In this document: positions 25,797-35,148 of the stretch, in pieces
How the letters are laid out: the number at the start of each line of letters is the position of its first letter
Position numbering within the stretch: the stretch's first letter is position 1
NCBI GenBank assembly: GCA_963753435.1
Contig: CAVWCF010000005.1
Span: 1-64,000 of the forward strand
Direction: 5' to 3'
From: an uncultured Actinomycetota bacterium
GTDB lineage: Bacteria; Actinomycetota; Actinomycetes; CAVWCF01
DNA length: 64,000 nucleotides
The notes under the pieces: model-generated
What the model saw: only the letters and a program-made list of their open reading frames with translations
Database searches by the model: none
Told to the model about the DNA's origin: nothing
Program-made: the position numbers and the translations under genes

Positions 25797-28335
25797 CGTC
25801 CACGCCGTGGTTTCCAGACGCTGGTGGGCGAGGGGCGCAAAGGTGTTGGCCGCGCTCCTGGTCGTGGCCGTGGTCGGAAGCGTCGTCTTTGCCTGGTGGT
25901 CCGTCCGCCGACCGTTCCCGCAGACCAGCGGCGAGATAGCCGTGCCGGGTTTGGCGGCGCCGGTGCAGGTGTTGCGCGACGAGTGGGGCATTCCGCAGGT
26001 CTACGCCGACAGCAGCGCTGACCTGTTCTTCGCGCAGGGCTTCGTGCACGCGCAGGATCGGTTCTGGGAGATGGACTTCCGCCGACACGTGACGGCCGGC
26101 CGCTTGGCGGAGATGTTCGGCGCCGACGCCGTCGAGACTGACGAGTTCGTGCGCACGTTGGGCTGGCGGCGCGTTGCCGAGCAGGAGTTGTCGTTGCTGG
26201 CGCCAGCCACCCGGGCGGCCCTGGACTCCTACGCCGACGGGGTCAACGCCTACTTGGCTGAACGCAGCGGACCGGAGTTGTCCTTGGAGTACTCCGTGCT
26301 GCGCCTGACCAACCCCGGGTACGAGATCGAGCCGTGGACGCCGGCGGATTCCGTCGCCTGGCTCAAGGCGCTGGCCTGGGACCTGCGCGGGAACATGGAG
26401 GAGGAGACGCAGCGCGCGCTCCTCGTCGACCAGATCGGGCCGGAGCGGACCGAGCAGTTGTACCCGCCGTATCCCTTTGACCGGAATCCCACGATCGTCG
26501 AGTCCGGCGCGGTCGTCGAGGGCGTCTTCGAGCAAGCCGCCCCTAAACCCACCGCGTTGCCGAATGCGGCCACCGATGCGCTGCTGCAGGTCAGTCGCCT
26601 GCTCGATTCCGTACCGGAGTTGCTCGGCCCGGCCGGCACTGAGATCGGCTCCAACTCCTGGGTGGTGTCGGGATCAAAGAGCGTCACCGGCCGTCCCATC
26701 CTGGCCAATGACCCGCATCTGGGACCGACCATGCCGTCGCTGTGGTACCCGATGGGTCTGCACTGTCGAACGGTTGGACCGCGCTGTCCGTACGACGTGT
26801 CCGGGTTCACCTTCAGCGGTCACCCCGGGGTGGTCATCGGGCACAACGACAGCATCGCCTGGGGTCTAACCAATCTGGGTGCGGACGTGACCGACCTGGT
26901 GCTGCACGCAGTCACCGATGACCAGGTGATCGTCGACGGGCAACCGGTGCCGCTGCGCACGCGGACGGAGACCATCCGGGTCGCCGGCGGGGAAGACGTC
27001 GAGTTGACCGTCCGCGAAAGCCCGGACGGCCCACTGCTTTCGGACGTATCCGACGAGCAAGCTGACGTTGGGCGCAGCGCTGCAGTTGACGAACCCGCGC
27101 CGACGCGCGGTTCGGGCTACTCGGTTGCGTTGCGCTGGACCGCGCTGACGCCGGCCGCCACGGCCGACGCCATCTTCGGGATCAACCGGGCCCAGACGTG
27201 GGATGAGTTCCGCGCCGCGGCGGAGTCGTTCGCCGTCCCCAGCCAGAACCTGATCTACGCCGACGTGGACGGCAACATCGGCTACCAGTCGCCGGGCCGC
27301 ATCCCCATCCGCGGCGCCGGAGACGGGCGCTACCCGGTGCCCGGGTGGGACTCGAGTTATCGATGGGTCGGGTTCATCCCGTTCGAGGCGCTGCCCAGCG
27401 TGTTGAACCCGCCGGAGGAGTTCATCGCGACGGCCAACAACGCGGTGCTGGACACCCGCACGTACCCCTACCAACTCACCGACGACTGGTCCTACGGTCC
27501 GCGAGCGGCTCGCATCGTCGACCTGATCGAGTCGGCAACACTCGACGTGTCCGACTTCGCCCGGATCCAGGCCGACTCGGTAACCGACATCGCCCGCCGA
27601 CTCGTTCCGGCGCTGCTCGCAGTTGACGTACCCGACGACGTCGCGGGGGCACAGGTACTGCTGGACGGCTGGGACTTCAGCCAGCCCACGGACTCCGCCG
27701 CGGCCGCCTACTTCAACGCCACCTGGCGGGCACTTCTCGTTGCGACCTTCATGGACGAACTGGACGAGGACACCGGACCGGGCCGTGGCGACCGCTGGCA
27801 GGAAGTCGTCTGGAACCTGCTGGACGAACCCGACGACGAGTTCTGGGACGACCAGGGCACGGCAGCGGTGGAGGACCGCGACGACATCCTGCAACGCGCT
27901 CTGGTGCTGGCCCATGCCGACCTCGTGGACCGGCTGGGGGGTGACCTGGACGCTTGGCAGTGGGGCGATCTACACACGCTCACCGCCACCAACCCGACGT
28001 TCGGCGACTCCGGAATCGGACCGATTGAAGCGCTGTTCAACCGCGGCCCGATCGCCACGCCCGGCGGCAACTCCACGGTCAACGCCATCGGCTGGGACCC
28101 GACCACCGGGTACGAGGTGGAGTGGGTGCCGTCGATGCGGATGGTCGTGGACCTGGCCGACTTCGACCGGTCGCAGTGGATCCACCTGACCGGGTCATCC
28201 GGTCACGCCTACCACCCGCACTACGCCGATCAGTTGCCGTTGTGGGCGGCGGGGGAGTACTTGCCGTGGCGCTTCGACCGCGCCGAGATCGAGGCCGCCC
28301 GCCACGACACGCTCACTCTCACGCCCTCATCCTGA
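25783..28335 (+). CDS. penicillin acylase family Ntn hydrolase
   Basis: RDEWGIPQVYA, AQDRFWEMD, GSNSW nucleophile, LANDPHL; N-terminal TM anchor. Confidence 0.92.
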   Translation: MARSSVHAVVSRRWWARGAKVLAALLVVAVVGSVVFAWWSVRRPFPQTSGEIAVPGLAAPVQVLRDEWGIPQVYADSSADLFFAQGFVHAQDRFWEMDFRRHVTAGRLAEMFGADAVETDEFVRTLGWRRVAEQELSLLAPATRAALDSYADGVNAYLAERSGPELSLEYSVLRLTNPGYEIEPWTPADSVAWLKALAWDLRGNMEEETQRALLVDQIGPERTEQLYPPYPFDRNPTIVESGAVVEGVFEQAAPKPTALPNAATDALLQVSRLLDSVPELLGPAGTEIGSNSWVVSGSKSVTGRPILANDPHLGPTMPSLWYPMGLHCRTVGPRCPYDVSGFTFSGHPGVVIGHNDSIAWGLTNLGADVTDLVLHAVTDDQVIVDGQPVPLRTRTETIRVAGGEDVELTVRESPDGPLLSDVSDEQADVGRSAAVDEPAPTRGSGYSVALRWTALTPAATADAIFGINRAQTWDEFRAAAESFAVPSQNLIYADVDGNIGYQSPGRIPIRGAGDGRYPVPGWDSSYRWVGFIPFEALPSVLNPPEEFIATANNAVLDTRTYPYQLTDDWSYGPRAARIVDLIESATLDVSDFARIQADSVTDIARRLVPALLAVDVPDDVAGAQVLLDGWDFSQPTDSAAAAYFNATWRALLVATFMDELDEDTGPGRGDRWQEVVWNLLDEPDDEFWDDQGTAAVEDRDDILQRALVLAHADLVDRLGGDLDAWQWGDLHTLTATNPTFGDSGIGPIEALFNRGPIATPGGNSTVNAIGWDPTTGYEVEWVPSMRMVVDLADFDRSQWIHLTGSSGHAYHPHYADQLPLWAAGEYLPWRFDRAEIEAARHDTLTLTPSS

Positions 28336-28391
28336 AAGCGGCTTTCCCGCGAATAGGCCGTCGCTGCGCCGTCCCACCGAGCGACCCGGCG

Positions 28392-29012
28392 CTACGCGGG
28401 CAGGCGCAGGAACCCCACCGTCGGCGTCACCACGGCATCGACGTTTACGTCGTGCGGCTCGCGCGGAATGGCGCCGGCCGCGAGCAGTTCGCCGTCGTGC
28501 AGCAGGGCCACCTTCCACGCGGTCACCGGTGAGCGCGTGAGCGCTCGGTCGTAGGAACCGCCGCCCTGGCCGAGCCGAACGCCATCGCGGGTCACCGCCA
28601 GGGCCGGCACCACAACCACGTCGGCGCGTCCGATCGCGTCCGGTCCCAACCGCGGCCCATCTGGGCGGACCGCGGCTTCGCGACCGGTGAACGGGTCGGG
28701 GGCAGCCATCAGGGTGCGGTCGTCGTCCACCCAGTCCAAGTCGCCGTCGTCCATCAAGTACGGACGCAGCACCAACGCACCCCGCACGCGCAATGCGGCG
28801 CGGATGGCCCGAGTCGACGGTTCCGAACCGAAAGACGCATAGACCGCGACGCAGGCGGACTGCTCCACGCGAGGTTCGGCCAGCAGCGCCTCCGCGACGA
28901 TCCGGGCGTTGGCGCGCAGCGCTTCCTCATCCAGCAAGGCCCGGCTTCGGCGCAGGTCCTCGCGCAACTGGGCCTTGGCCACCGTTGCAGCCGGGACCGG
29001 CACCTCATCCAT
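28392..29012 (-). CDS. 5-formyltetrahydrofolate cyclo-ligase
   Basis: KAQLR, DVVVVPALAV, RLGQGGGSYDR, PREPHD. Confidence 0.92.
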   Translation of the reverse strand: MDEVPVPAATVAKAQLREDLRRSRALLDEEALRANARIVAEALLAEPRVEQSACVAVYASFGSEPSTRAIRAALRVRGALVLRPYLMDDGDLDWVDDDRTLMAAPDPFTGREAAVRPDGPRLGPDAIGRADVVVVPALAVTRDGVRLGQGGGSYDRALTRSPVTAWKVALLHDGELLAAGAIPREPHDVNVDAVVTPTVGFLRLPA

Positions 29013-29142
29013 ACCCCGAGTGTGACGGAACCGACGCTGTGCGCGCTGGCTAGGGTTGGTGCTGCTGGGAACCGGACCGGTGGATGAACCGGGCCAAGAT
29101 CCGTGCAGCGGCAACTGTCGGCGAAGAGGGGCGGGATTGGCG

Positions 29143-30024
29143 ATGACCGTGACGAAAGCCGTGATTCCGGCGGCTGGCCTCGGTACTCGATTCCTGCCGG
29201 CGACCAAGTCCGTGCCCAAAGAAATGCTGCCGGTGGTCGACACGCCGGCCATCGAGTACGTGGTCCGCGAGGCGGTTGCAGCTGGCCTGCATGACGTCTT
29301 GATGATCACCGGCCGCAGCAAGCGTGCTCTTGAGGACCACTTCGACGCGGCGATCGAGGTCGAGCAGGCACTGGAGCGCAAGGGCGACAACACCCGGCTG
29401 GCCGCGGTGCGCGCCAGTACCGAGTTGGCGCAGATCCACTACGTACGACAGGGGGAGGCCAAGGGCCTCGGGCACGCCGTCTCCTGCGCCGAGGCGCACG
29501 TCGGCGATGAGCCGTTCGCGGTTCTGCTGGGCGACGATCTGATCGGGGCCGAGGAAGACCTGCTCAAGCGCATGCTGGCCACCCAACAAGCCCGCGGTGG
29601 CAGTGTCGTGGCCCTGATGGAGGTGCCTGCCGACCAGATCCACCTCTACGGGTGCGCCGAGGTCAGCGATCGCGAGGGCGACGTCTGCCGGGTCACCGGC
29701 CTGGTGGAGAAGCCTGCCGCCGACGAGGCCCCCTCGAACCTGGCCATCATCGGCCGGTATGTCCTGGCCCCGGCCGTTTTCGATGTCCTGCGCAAAACTG
29801 CGCCGGGCCGCGGCGGTGAGATCCAACTCACCGACGCACTGCAAACGCTGGCGGTGGGCACCGGGGACGGCTTCGGCGTCCACGGAGTCATCTTCAGCGG
29901 GACCCGGTACGACACCGGGGACCGGCTGGACTACCTGAAGGCCGTGGTCCAGTTGGCGGTCGGCCGCGAAGAGTTCGGCGCTGACTTCGCGGCGTGGCTG
30001 AAGGAATACGCCCAGGGACTTTGA
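29143..30024 (+). CDS. galU: UTP--glucose-1-phosphate uridylyltransferase
   Basis: KAVIPAAGLGTRFLPATKSVPKEMLP, VRQGEAKGLGHA, GEIQLTDA. Confidence 0.97.
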   Translation: MTVTKAVIPAAGLGTRFLPATKSVPKEMLPVVDTPAIEYVVREAVAAGLHDVLMITGRSKRALEDHFDAAIEVEQALERKGDNTRLAAVRASTELAQIHYVRQGEAKGLGHAVSCAEAHVGDEPFAVLLGDDLIGAEEDLLKRMLATQQARGGSVVALMEVPADQIHLYGCAEVSDREGDVCRVTGLVEKPAADEAPSNLAIIGRYVLAPAVFDVLRKTAPGRGGEIQLTDALQTLAVGTGDGFGVHGVIFSGTRYDTGDRLDYLKAVVQLAVGREEFGADFAAWLKEYAQGL

Positions 30025-30073
30025 GCAACCTTTCGGCGCCGCAATACCGACTAACCAACCCGAGCCGCCCAGA

Positions 30074-31303
30074 ATGGGACTGATGAAGAGCGTCGACGAG
30101 CATTTGGCAGACGTCCTGTCGGGTGTCCACCCGCTGCAGCCGCTGGAGATGCAGTTGCTGGACGCCGAGGGTTGCGTGCTGGCCGAGGAGGTCATGGCGC
30201 CCTGGGACGTCCCCCGGTACACGGTGGCCCAGTCCGCCGGCTATGCGGTTCGTAGCGTCGACGTTGACTCCGCCACTGAGGAGTCCCCCGTGCAACTACC
30301 CGTTGTGGGCGACGTCGAGGCCGGCGCCGCCCCCACCATCACCGTGCAACCGGGAATGTCCGCGCGGCTGGCCGAAGGCGCGGTCCTGCCCGAAGGCGCC
30401 GACACCGTGGTGCCCACTTCTTGGACCGACGGCGGTGTTTCCGGGGTCACGGTGCGCCGCGCGCCGCTGCCCGGATCGGGGTTGCGTCGCGCTGGTTCGG
30501 ACGTTCGCCGCGGCCAGGTCGTGCTGGACAGCGGCACGCGGTTGCGTCCGGCGCAGTTGGGCATCCTCGCTGCCATCGGGCGGCCACGGGTGCTGGTGCG
30601 CCCCCGCCCGCGGGTGGTCGTCATCTCGACCGGGGAGGGCCTCGTCGAACCAGGCAAGGAACCGGCGGCCGGCGAGATAAACGATGCGAACACGTACGCG
30701 TTGACGGCGGCGGCCAAGCAGGCCGGGGGACTGGCGTTCCGCGTTGGCATCGTGCCCCACGACACCCGGCGGGTGCTGGACACCATCGAGGACCAGCTGA
30801 TCCGCGCCGACCTGGTGGTCGTCTGCGGCGGCAACACCGGCGAGCGCGACGTGGTGCCACAGGTGCTGCGGCGGCTCGGCGCGGCCGGGTTGGCTGAGGT
30901 CGCCATGGAGCCGGGCCACCTGCAGGGGTACGGGACCATCGGACCGGAGTCGACGCCGGTGTTCTCGTTGCCCGCGGACCCGGTCGCCGCATACGTCGGT
31001 TTCGAGGTCTTCGTGCGCCCGGTGATCCGGCGAATGCTGGGCGCCGGCTCCCTGCACCGGCCGGTGCTCGGGGCGATCGCACAGCGCACCATCCACTCCT
31101 ACCCCGGCCGTCGCGAGTTCGTGCGTGGCGTTCTGGACGTGGCTGACGGCCACTACGTGGTGCGCCCGGCCGATGAGGGCGAACCGCACCTGCTCGGCGG
31201 GTTGGCTCAGGCCAACTGCTTCATCGTCGTGCCGGAGGACACGGACCAGGTCGCCTCCGGTGACCCGGTGGCGGTGATGGTGCTGGAGCGTCGACTCGGA
31301 TGA
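30074..31303 (+). CDS. glp: gephyrin-like MoeA homologue (Glp), catalytic motifs degenerate
   Basis: MoeA architecture (GCVLAEEV, PRVVVISTG, FEVFVRPVIR, LAQANCFI) and galU-glp-rimJ-glpR synteny; start may be ATG 30083. Confidence 0.88.
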   Translation: MGLMKSVDEHLADVLSGVHPLQPLEMQLLDAEGCVLAEEVMAPWDVPRYTVAQSAGYAVRSVDVDSATEESPVQLPVVGDVEAGAAPTITVQPGMSARLAEGAVLPEGADTVVPTSWTDGGVSGVTVRRAPLPGSGLRRAGSDVRRGQVVLDSGTRLRPAQLGILAAIGRPRVLVRPRPRVVVISTGEGLVEPGKEPAAGEINDANTYALTAAAKQAGGLAFRVGIVPHDTRRVLDTIEDQLIRADLVVVCGGNTGERDVVPQVLRRLGAAGLAEVAMEPGHLQGYGTIGPESTPVFSLPADPVAAYVGFEVFVRPVIRRMLGAGSLHRPVLGAIAQRTIHSYPGRREFVRGVLDVADGHYVVRPADEGEPHLLGGLAQANCFIVVPEDTDQVASGDPVAVMVLERRLG

Positions 31304-31899
31304 GCCGCGGCTGGCCGGCGACGCTGGCTGAAGGCTCACTGCTGCTGCGCCCGCTGCGCTGGCGCGAGGCCGCCACCTGGCGGGAGATCCGTCGGGTCAA
31401 CCACGGCTGGCTGGCCGAGTGGGAGGCCTCCGCTCCGGACGCCACCGAAGCGGGCATGAGTTACCTGTCGATGGTCAGGCACTGGAATGCCGAGGCGCGT
31501 GATGGCCGCATGCTGCCGTTCGCGATCACCTGGGACGGGCGGCTCATCGGCCAGGTGACCGTCGGTGGCATCTCCATGGGCTCGGCCCGGTCCGGTTACA
31601 TCGGCTACTGGATCGATCAGCGGTACGCGGGCAGAGGGATCACGCCGACTTCGGTTGCGCTGGTGACCGACCACTGCTTCGCGACCGTGGGGTTGCACCG
31701 GGTGGAGATCAACATCCGGCCGGAGAACGCCGCCAGCCTTCGGGTCGTGGAGAAACTTGGGTTCCGTGATGAAGGAGTGCGGCTGCGTTACCTGCACATT
31801 TCGGGTGATTGGCGTGATCACCGGTCCTTCGCGCTGACCGTCGAGGACGTGCCTCAAGGGCTGATGGCCAGGTGGCGATCGCGCGGACGGACCCTCTGA
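31300..31899 (+). CDS. rimJ: RimJ-like GNAT N-acetyltransferase
   Basis: IGYWID..AGRG, GLHRVEINIRPENAASLRVVEKLGF, WRDH. Confidence 0.9.
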   Translation: MSRGWPATLAEGSLLLRPLRWREAATWREIRRVNHGWLAEWEASAPDATEAGMSYLSMVRHWNAEARDGRMLPFAITWDGRLIGQVTVGGISMGSARSGYIGYWIDQRYAGRGITPTSVALVTDHCFATVGLHRVEINIRPENAASLRVVEKLGFRDEGVRLRYLHISGDWRDHRSFALTVEDVPQGLMARWRSRGRTL

Positions 31900-31981
31900 C
31901 CCTGCCAATAGCAGAGTGTCTTAGGCGACACGCCGACCGGATGCCCGGCCGGAGGCCGACTGGGGCCTAACGTTCGCATTC

Positions 31982-32812
31982 GTGGGAGCAGGCCTCATTT
32001 ACGCGATCATCATCGCTCTGTGGGCCGTAGTCCTGGTTCCGATGTGGGTGCGCCGCCATGACGAGGCGCGCCAGTCCAAATCAGTTGACCGGTTCAGCGA
32101 CGCGATGCGTACGCTTGCGCGCCGACCAGCCCATTCCGGAGGACGCGAAATCGTGGTGCCCGAGCGTGACCGCAGCCCGCTGGTGCACTCCTCATCCCGT
32201 GGCCCGGTAAGTGCTCCCGCGCGCCCGTCGGCCTCGTTGGGGCAGCGCCGCCGACGTACCTCGTTGGTGCTGATCGGTTCGGTGCTGATCGTCTTCGGAC
32301 TCGGCCTGCTCTCCGTTGTGCCCTTATGGCTGGGCCTGGTGCCGGCCCTGCTGCTAGCCGGATTCGTCGTCCACCTGCGCCTTGAGCAGCGGCGGGCCGA
32401 CGAGCGGCGTGAGCGCCAGGTGCGTCGGCAGCGGGAGTTGGTGGCCCGGGCGGCTCGGGACGAGGCCGGCATCCGTGCCCGGGTGGTGACCACCGCAGCG
32501 AGGTCCCGAGTCGACGCTCCGGCCGATGTCGAGGTGGAACCGCAACCCGAAAGCGAAAGCGTCTACGACGCGGTCGCTGACCACGTTTGGGATCCCGTTC
32601 CGGTTCCGGCGCCGACATACGTGAACGCGCCAAAGGCGCCTAGGTCGGTACGCACGATTGATCTGACGCGACCCGGCGACTGGACCTCCGGCCGGGGCGA
32701 GGTGGACGCGACTGCGCCCGCCGCCAGTGCCGACCGTGACGCGGTGGTAGCCGCGGAAGAAGCCGAAGTGGCGAACGAGGAGATCGCGCCCCGTCGCGCG
32801 GTCAACGGCTAG
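31982..32812 (+). CDS. glpR: divisome membrane protein GlpR/SepX-like
   Basis: LIYAIIIALWAVVLVPMW, DRFSDAMRTL, RRRRT+TM hairpin, WDPVPVPAPTYV..PKAPR; precedes tRNA-Ala. Confidence 0.8.
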   Translation: MGAGLIYAIIIALWAVVLVPMWVRRHDEARQSKSVDRFSDAMRTLARRPAHSGGREIVVPERDRSPLVHSSSRGPVSAPARPSASLGQRRRRTSLVLIGSVLIVFGLGLLSVVPLWLGLVPALLLAGFVVHLRLEQRRADERRERQVRRQRELVARAARDEAGIRARVVTTAARSRVDAPADVEVEPQPESESVYDAVADHVWDPVPVPAPTYVNAPKAPRSVRTIDLTRPGDWTSGRGEVDATAPAASADRDAVVAAEEAEVANEEIAPRRAVNG

Positions 32813-32917
32813 CCACACATTTCCGCGGTCGCGACCGCCAAGCGTTGTTCGCCTCGGCGAGGGGCTGTCGCCGTTTTCTGCGACGCGCCAGGTCGTTGAT
32901 ACCCTCAGCCACCTTCC

Positions 32918-32993
<76 letters not shown>

Positions 32994-33029
32994 TTCCGGC
33001 GACGCCGTGAGCCGTCTCGCCCTCTTGGG

Positions 33030-33812
33030 CTACTTCGACTTCAAGTTGCTGAGCTTGTGCTCCAGCCACCGGTCGATCTGGTCCAGCATGCGTTGCTGCT
33101 TGGCGCCGGTGAAACGGGACTTGACCCGCTCGGCCGCGGCCTCAGCCTGCGCCTGCCAGTGGGCGGCCTTGGCTGCTGCGGTCTTGTTTCCGCGGTTGGA
33201 GTCGGCAGGGGCGGGGTTGTCTGCCTTGACTGCCTTGGGGTTCTTTGTCTTGGTCGGCTGGGGTGCGGGCTCGACGGTGGGCTCAGGTTCCGGTGCCACC
33301 GTGGGTTCGGGTTCGGGTTCGACGGTGGGCTCCGGTTCCGGCACGACAGTCGGCTCGGGTTCTGGGGCCGGCTCGGTCGCCGGCACTAGTAGAACGAAGG
33401 CGGCGAACAGTTCACCGGTTGCGGCGTAATCGGTGCCGATACCCACGTGGGTGAATCCGGGGTCCAGCAGCAGGGCGGCCGAACCGGAGTCGGACAGCGC
33501 TGCGTCCAGCACGTCGTAGGCGTCAGCACCGGACGCCGTCGTCTGCTCTAGGCGTGCGGCGGGTCCGGCGCCGGCTGTGTCGGTGGTCCCGGAGCCAGCG
33601 GCCAGGGAGACGGCGCTGGCGTCGGCCACGGAGTCGGCCGGGCCGTGCTCGGTCAGCGCCGCGGCACCCTGTGACACCCGGATCTGGTTCAGCGCCGACA
33701 GGATCGTCGCGTCCTCAGCCGCACCAGCGGTCGCGGCCTGCCCGACCAGCGCAACCCCGCCGATGAGCGCGGTCGCTACTGCAGAAGCCAGCACTCGTCG
33801 ACTGGTGAACAT
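33030..33812 (-). CDS. secreted protein with degenerate CAP/SCP-like domain and PEPEPTV repeats
   Basis: Signal peptide, LNQIR..GAAAL, LLDPGFTHVGIG, five (PE)PEPTV units, basic helical C-terminus. Confidence 0.7.
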   Translation of the reverse strand: MFTSRRVLASAVATALIGGVALVGQAATAGAAEDATILSALNQIRVSQGAAALTEHGPADSVADASAVSLAAGSGTTDTAGAGPAARLEQTTASGADAYDVLDAALSDSGSAALLLDPGFTHVGIGTDYAATGELFAAFVLLVPATEPAPEPEPTVVPEPEPTVEPEPEPTVAPEPEPTVEPAPQPTKTKNPKAVKADNPAPADSNRGNKTAAAKAAHWQAQAEAAAERVKSRFTGAKQQRMLDQIDRWLEHKLSNLKSK

Positions 33813-33900
33813 CCGGGACCCCCTAGTTGTCTAATTGCTTAGTCGGTGCCGCGCAGGGGGTTTGCGCACGACCGATCGGGTGAACGTTGGCGCGGTTGGC

Positions 33901-35148
33901 TCAGACCAGAAAACCGAAGAGTGGGCTGTCCGGTTCCACGCGGCTGCAGCGAATGGGACTGTCTTCCATGCTTTGCAGCAGGCGGGTCAGGGCGCTTGCC
34001 TCCGGGATTTCGATCCCGACGAGAGCCGGCCCGTATTCGCGGTTGTTCCGCTTGACGTATTCGAACAGAGTGATGTCGTCGTCGGGTCCGAGTACCTCGT
34101 CCAGGAAGCGACGCAGCGCGCCAGGCTCTTGGGGGAACTCGACCAGGAAGTAGTGCTTGCGGCCCTCATGGATGAGCGATCGCTCGACCACCTCGGCATA
34201 GCGGGACACGTCGTTGTTGCCGCCGGAGATCACCACGACAACAACGGATCCGGGTTCCACCGGGAGTTCGCGGCCCAGGGCAGCGGCGGCCAGCGCACCT
34301 GCTGGCTCGGCGATAACGCCGTCGGCCTGGTACATCTCCAGCATCTCGGTGCAGACCGCACCCTCGGCAACAGCCAACATTTGCACGTCCGCTGCTTGCA
34401 CCTGGGCGTACGTGAACTGCCCCACGGTGCGCACTGCGGCCCCGTCGACGAACGCGTCCAGGTGTTCCAGCCTGGTCGGCCCGCCGGCTCGAAGTGCGGC
34501 GGCCATGCTCGCGGCGCCCAGCGGCTCCACGCCGATCAGCCGGGTCTGCGGATGCCGCTGGGACAACCACGCTGCGCAACCGGCAACGAGCCCGCCGCCG
34601 CCGACGGGGACCACGAAGACGTCCGGGGCCCGGCCGAGTTGGCCGACAGTTTCCAGGGCAACGGTGCCCTGCCCGGCGATTACCGCGGGGTCGTCGAAGG
34701 CGGGGACCAGGGTTGCGCCGGTCTCGGCTGCGTCTTCAGCCGCCATCGCGGCGGCATCGTCGTAGGTGTCGCCGGCGACCACGGCGTTGACCCAGCCGTC
34801 GCCCATCGCGGCGAGGCGGTCGCGCTTCTGGCGCGGGGTGGTGCGGGGCAGGTAGATCCGCCCGGGGACCGACAGCGCCGCACAGGCGGACGCGACTCCC
34901 TGGGCGTGGTTGCCGGCACTGGCTGCGACCACGCCCACCGATCGCTGTTCGGCAGACAGCGCCGCGATGAACGTGTGTGCGCCGCGGACCTTGTAGGAGC
35001 GGACCCGCTGCAGGTCCTCGCGCTTGAACCAGACCTCTGCGTCAAATCGTCGCGACAGTCGGTCGTTGCGTTGCAGCGGGGTCGCGGCGACGACGTCGCG
35101 TAACCCTTCGGCGGCAGTTGCCACCTCGTCGGCGCTGATCAGATCCAT
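33901..35148 (-). CDS. ilvA: threonine dehydratase, biosynthetic (single regulatory domain)
   Basis: KREDLQRVRSYKVRGA PLP lysine, SAGNHAQG, ISGGNND, FPQEPGALRRF. Confidence 0.95.
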   Translation of the reverse strand: MDLISADEVATAAEGLRDVVAATPLQRNDRLSRRFDAEVWFKREDLQRVRSYKVRGAHTFIAALSAEQRSVGVVAASAGNHAQGVASACAALSVPGRIYLPRTTPRQKRDRLAAMGDGWVNAVVAGDTYDDAAAMAAEDAAETGATLVPAFDDPAVIAGQGTVALETVGQLGRAPDVFVVPVGGGGLVAGCAAWLSQRHPQTRLIGVEPLGAASMAAALRAGGPTRLEHLDAFVDGAAVRTVGQFTYAQVQAADVQMLAVAEGAVCTEMLEMYQADGVIAEPAGALAAAALGRELPVEPGSVVVVVISGGNNDVSRYAEVVERSLIHEGRKHYFLVEFPQEPGALRRFLDEVLGPDDDITLFEYVKRNNREYGPALVGIEIPEASALTRLLQSMEDSPIRCSRVEPDSPLFGFLV

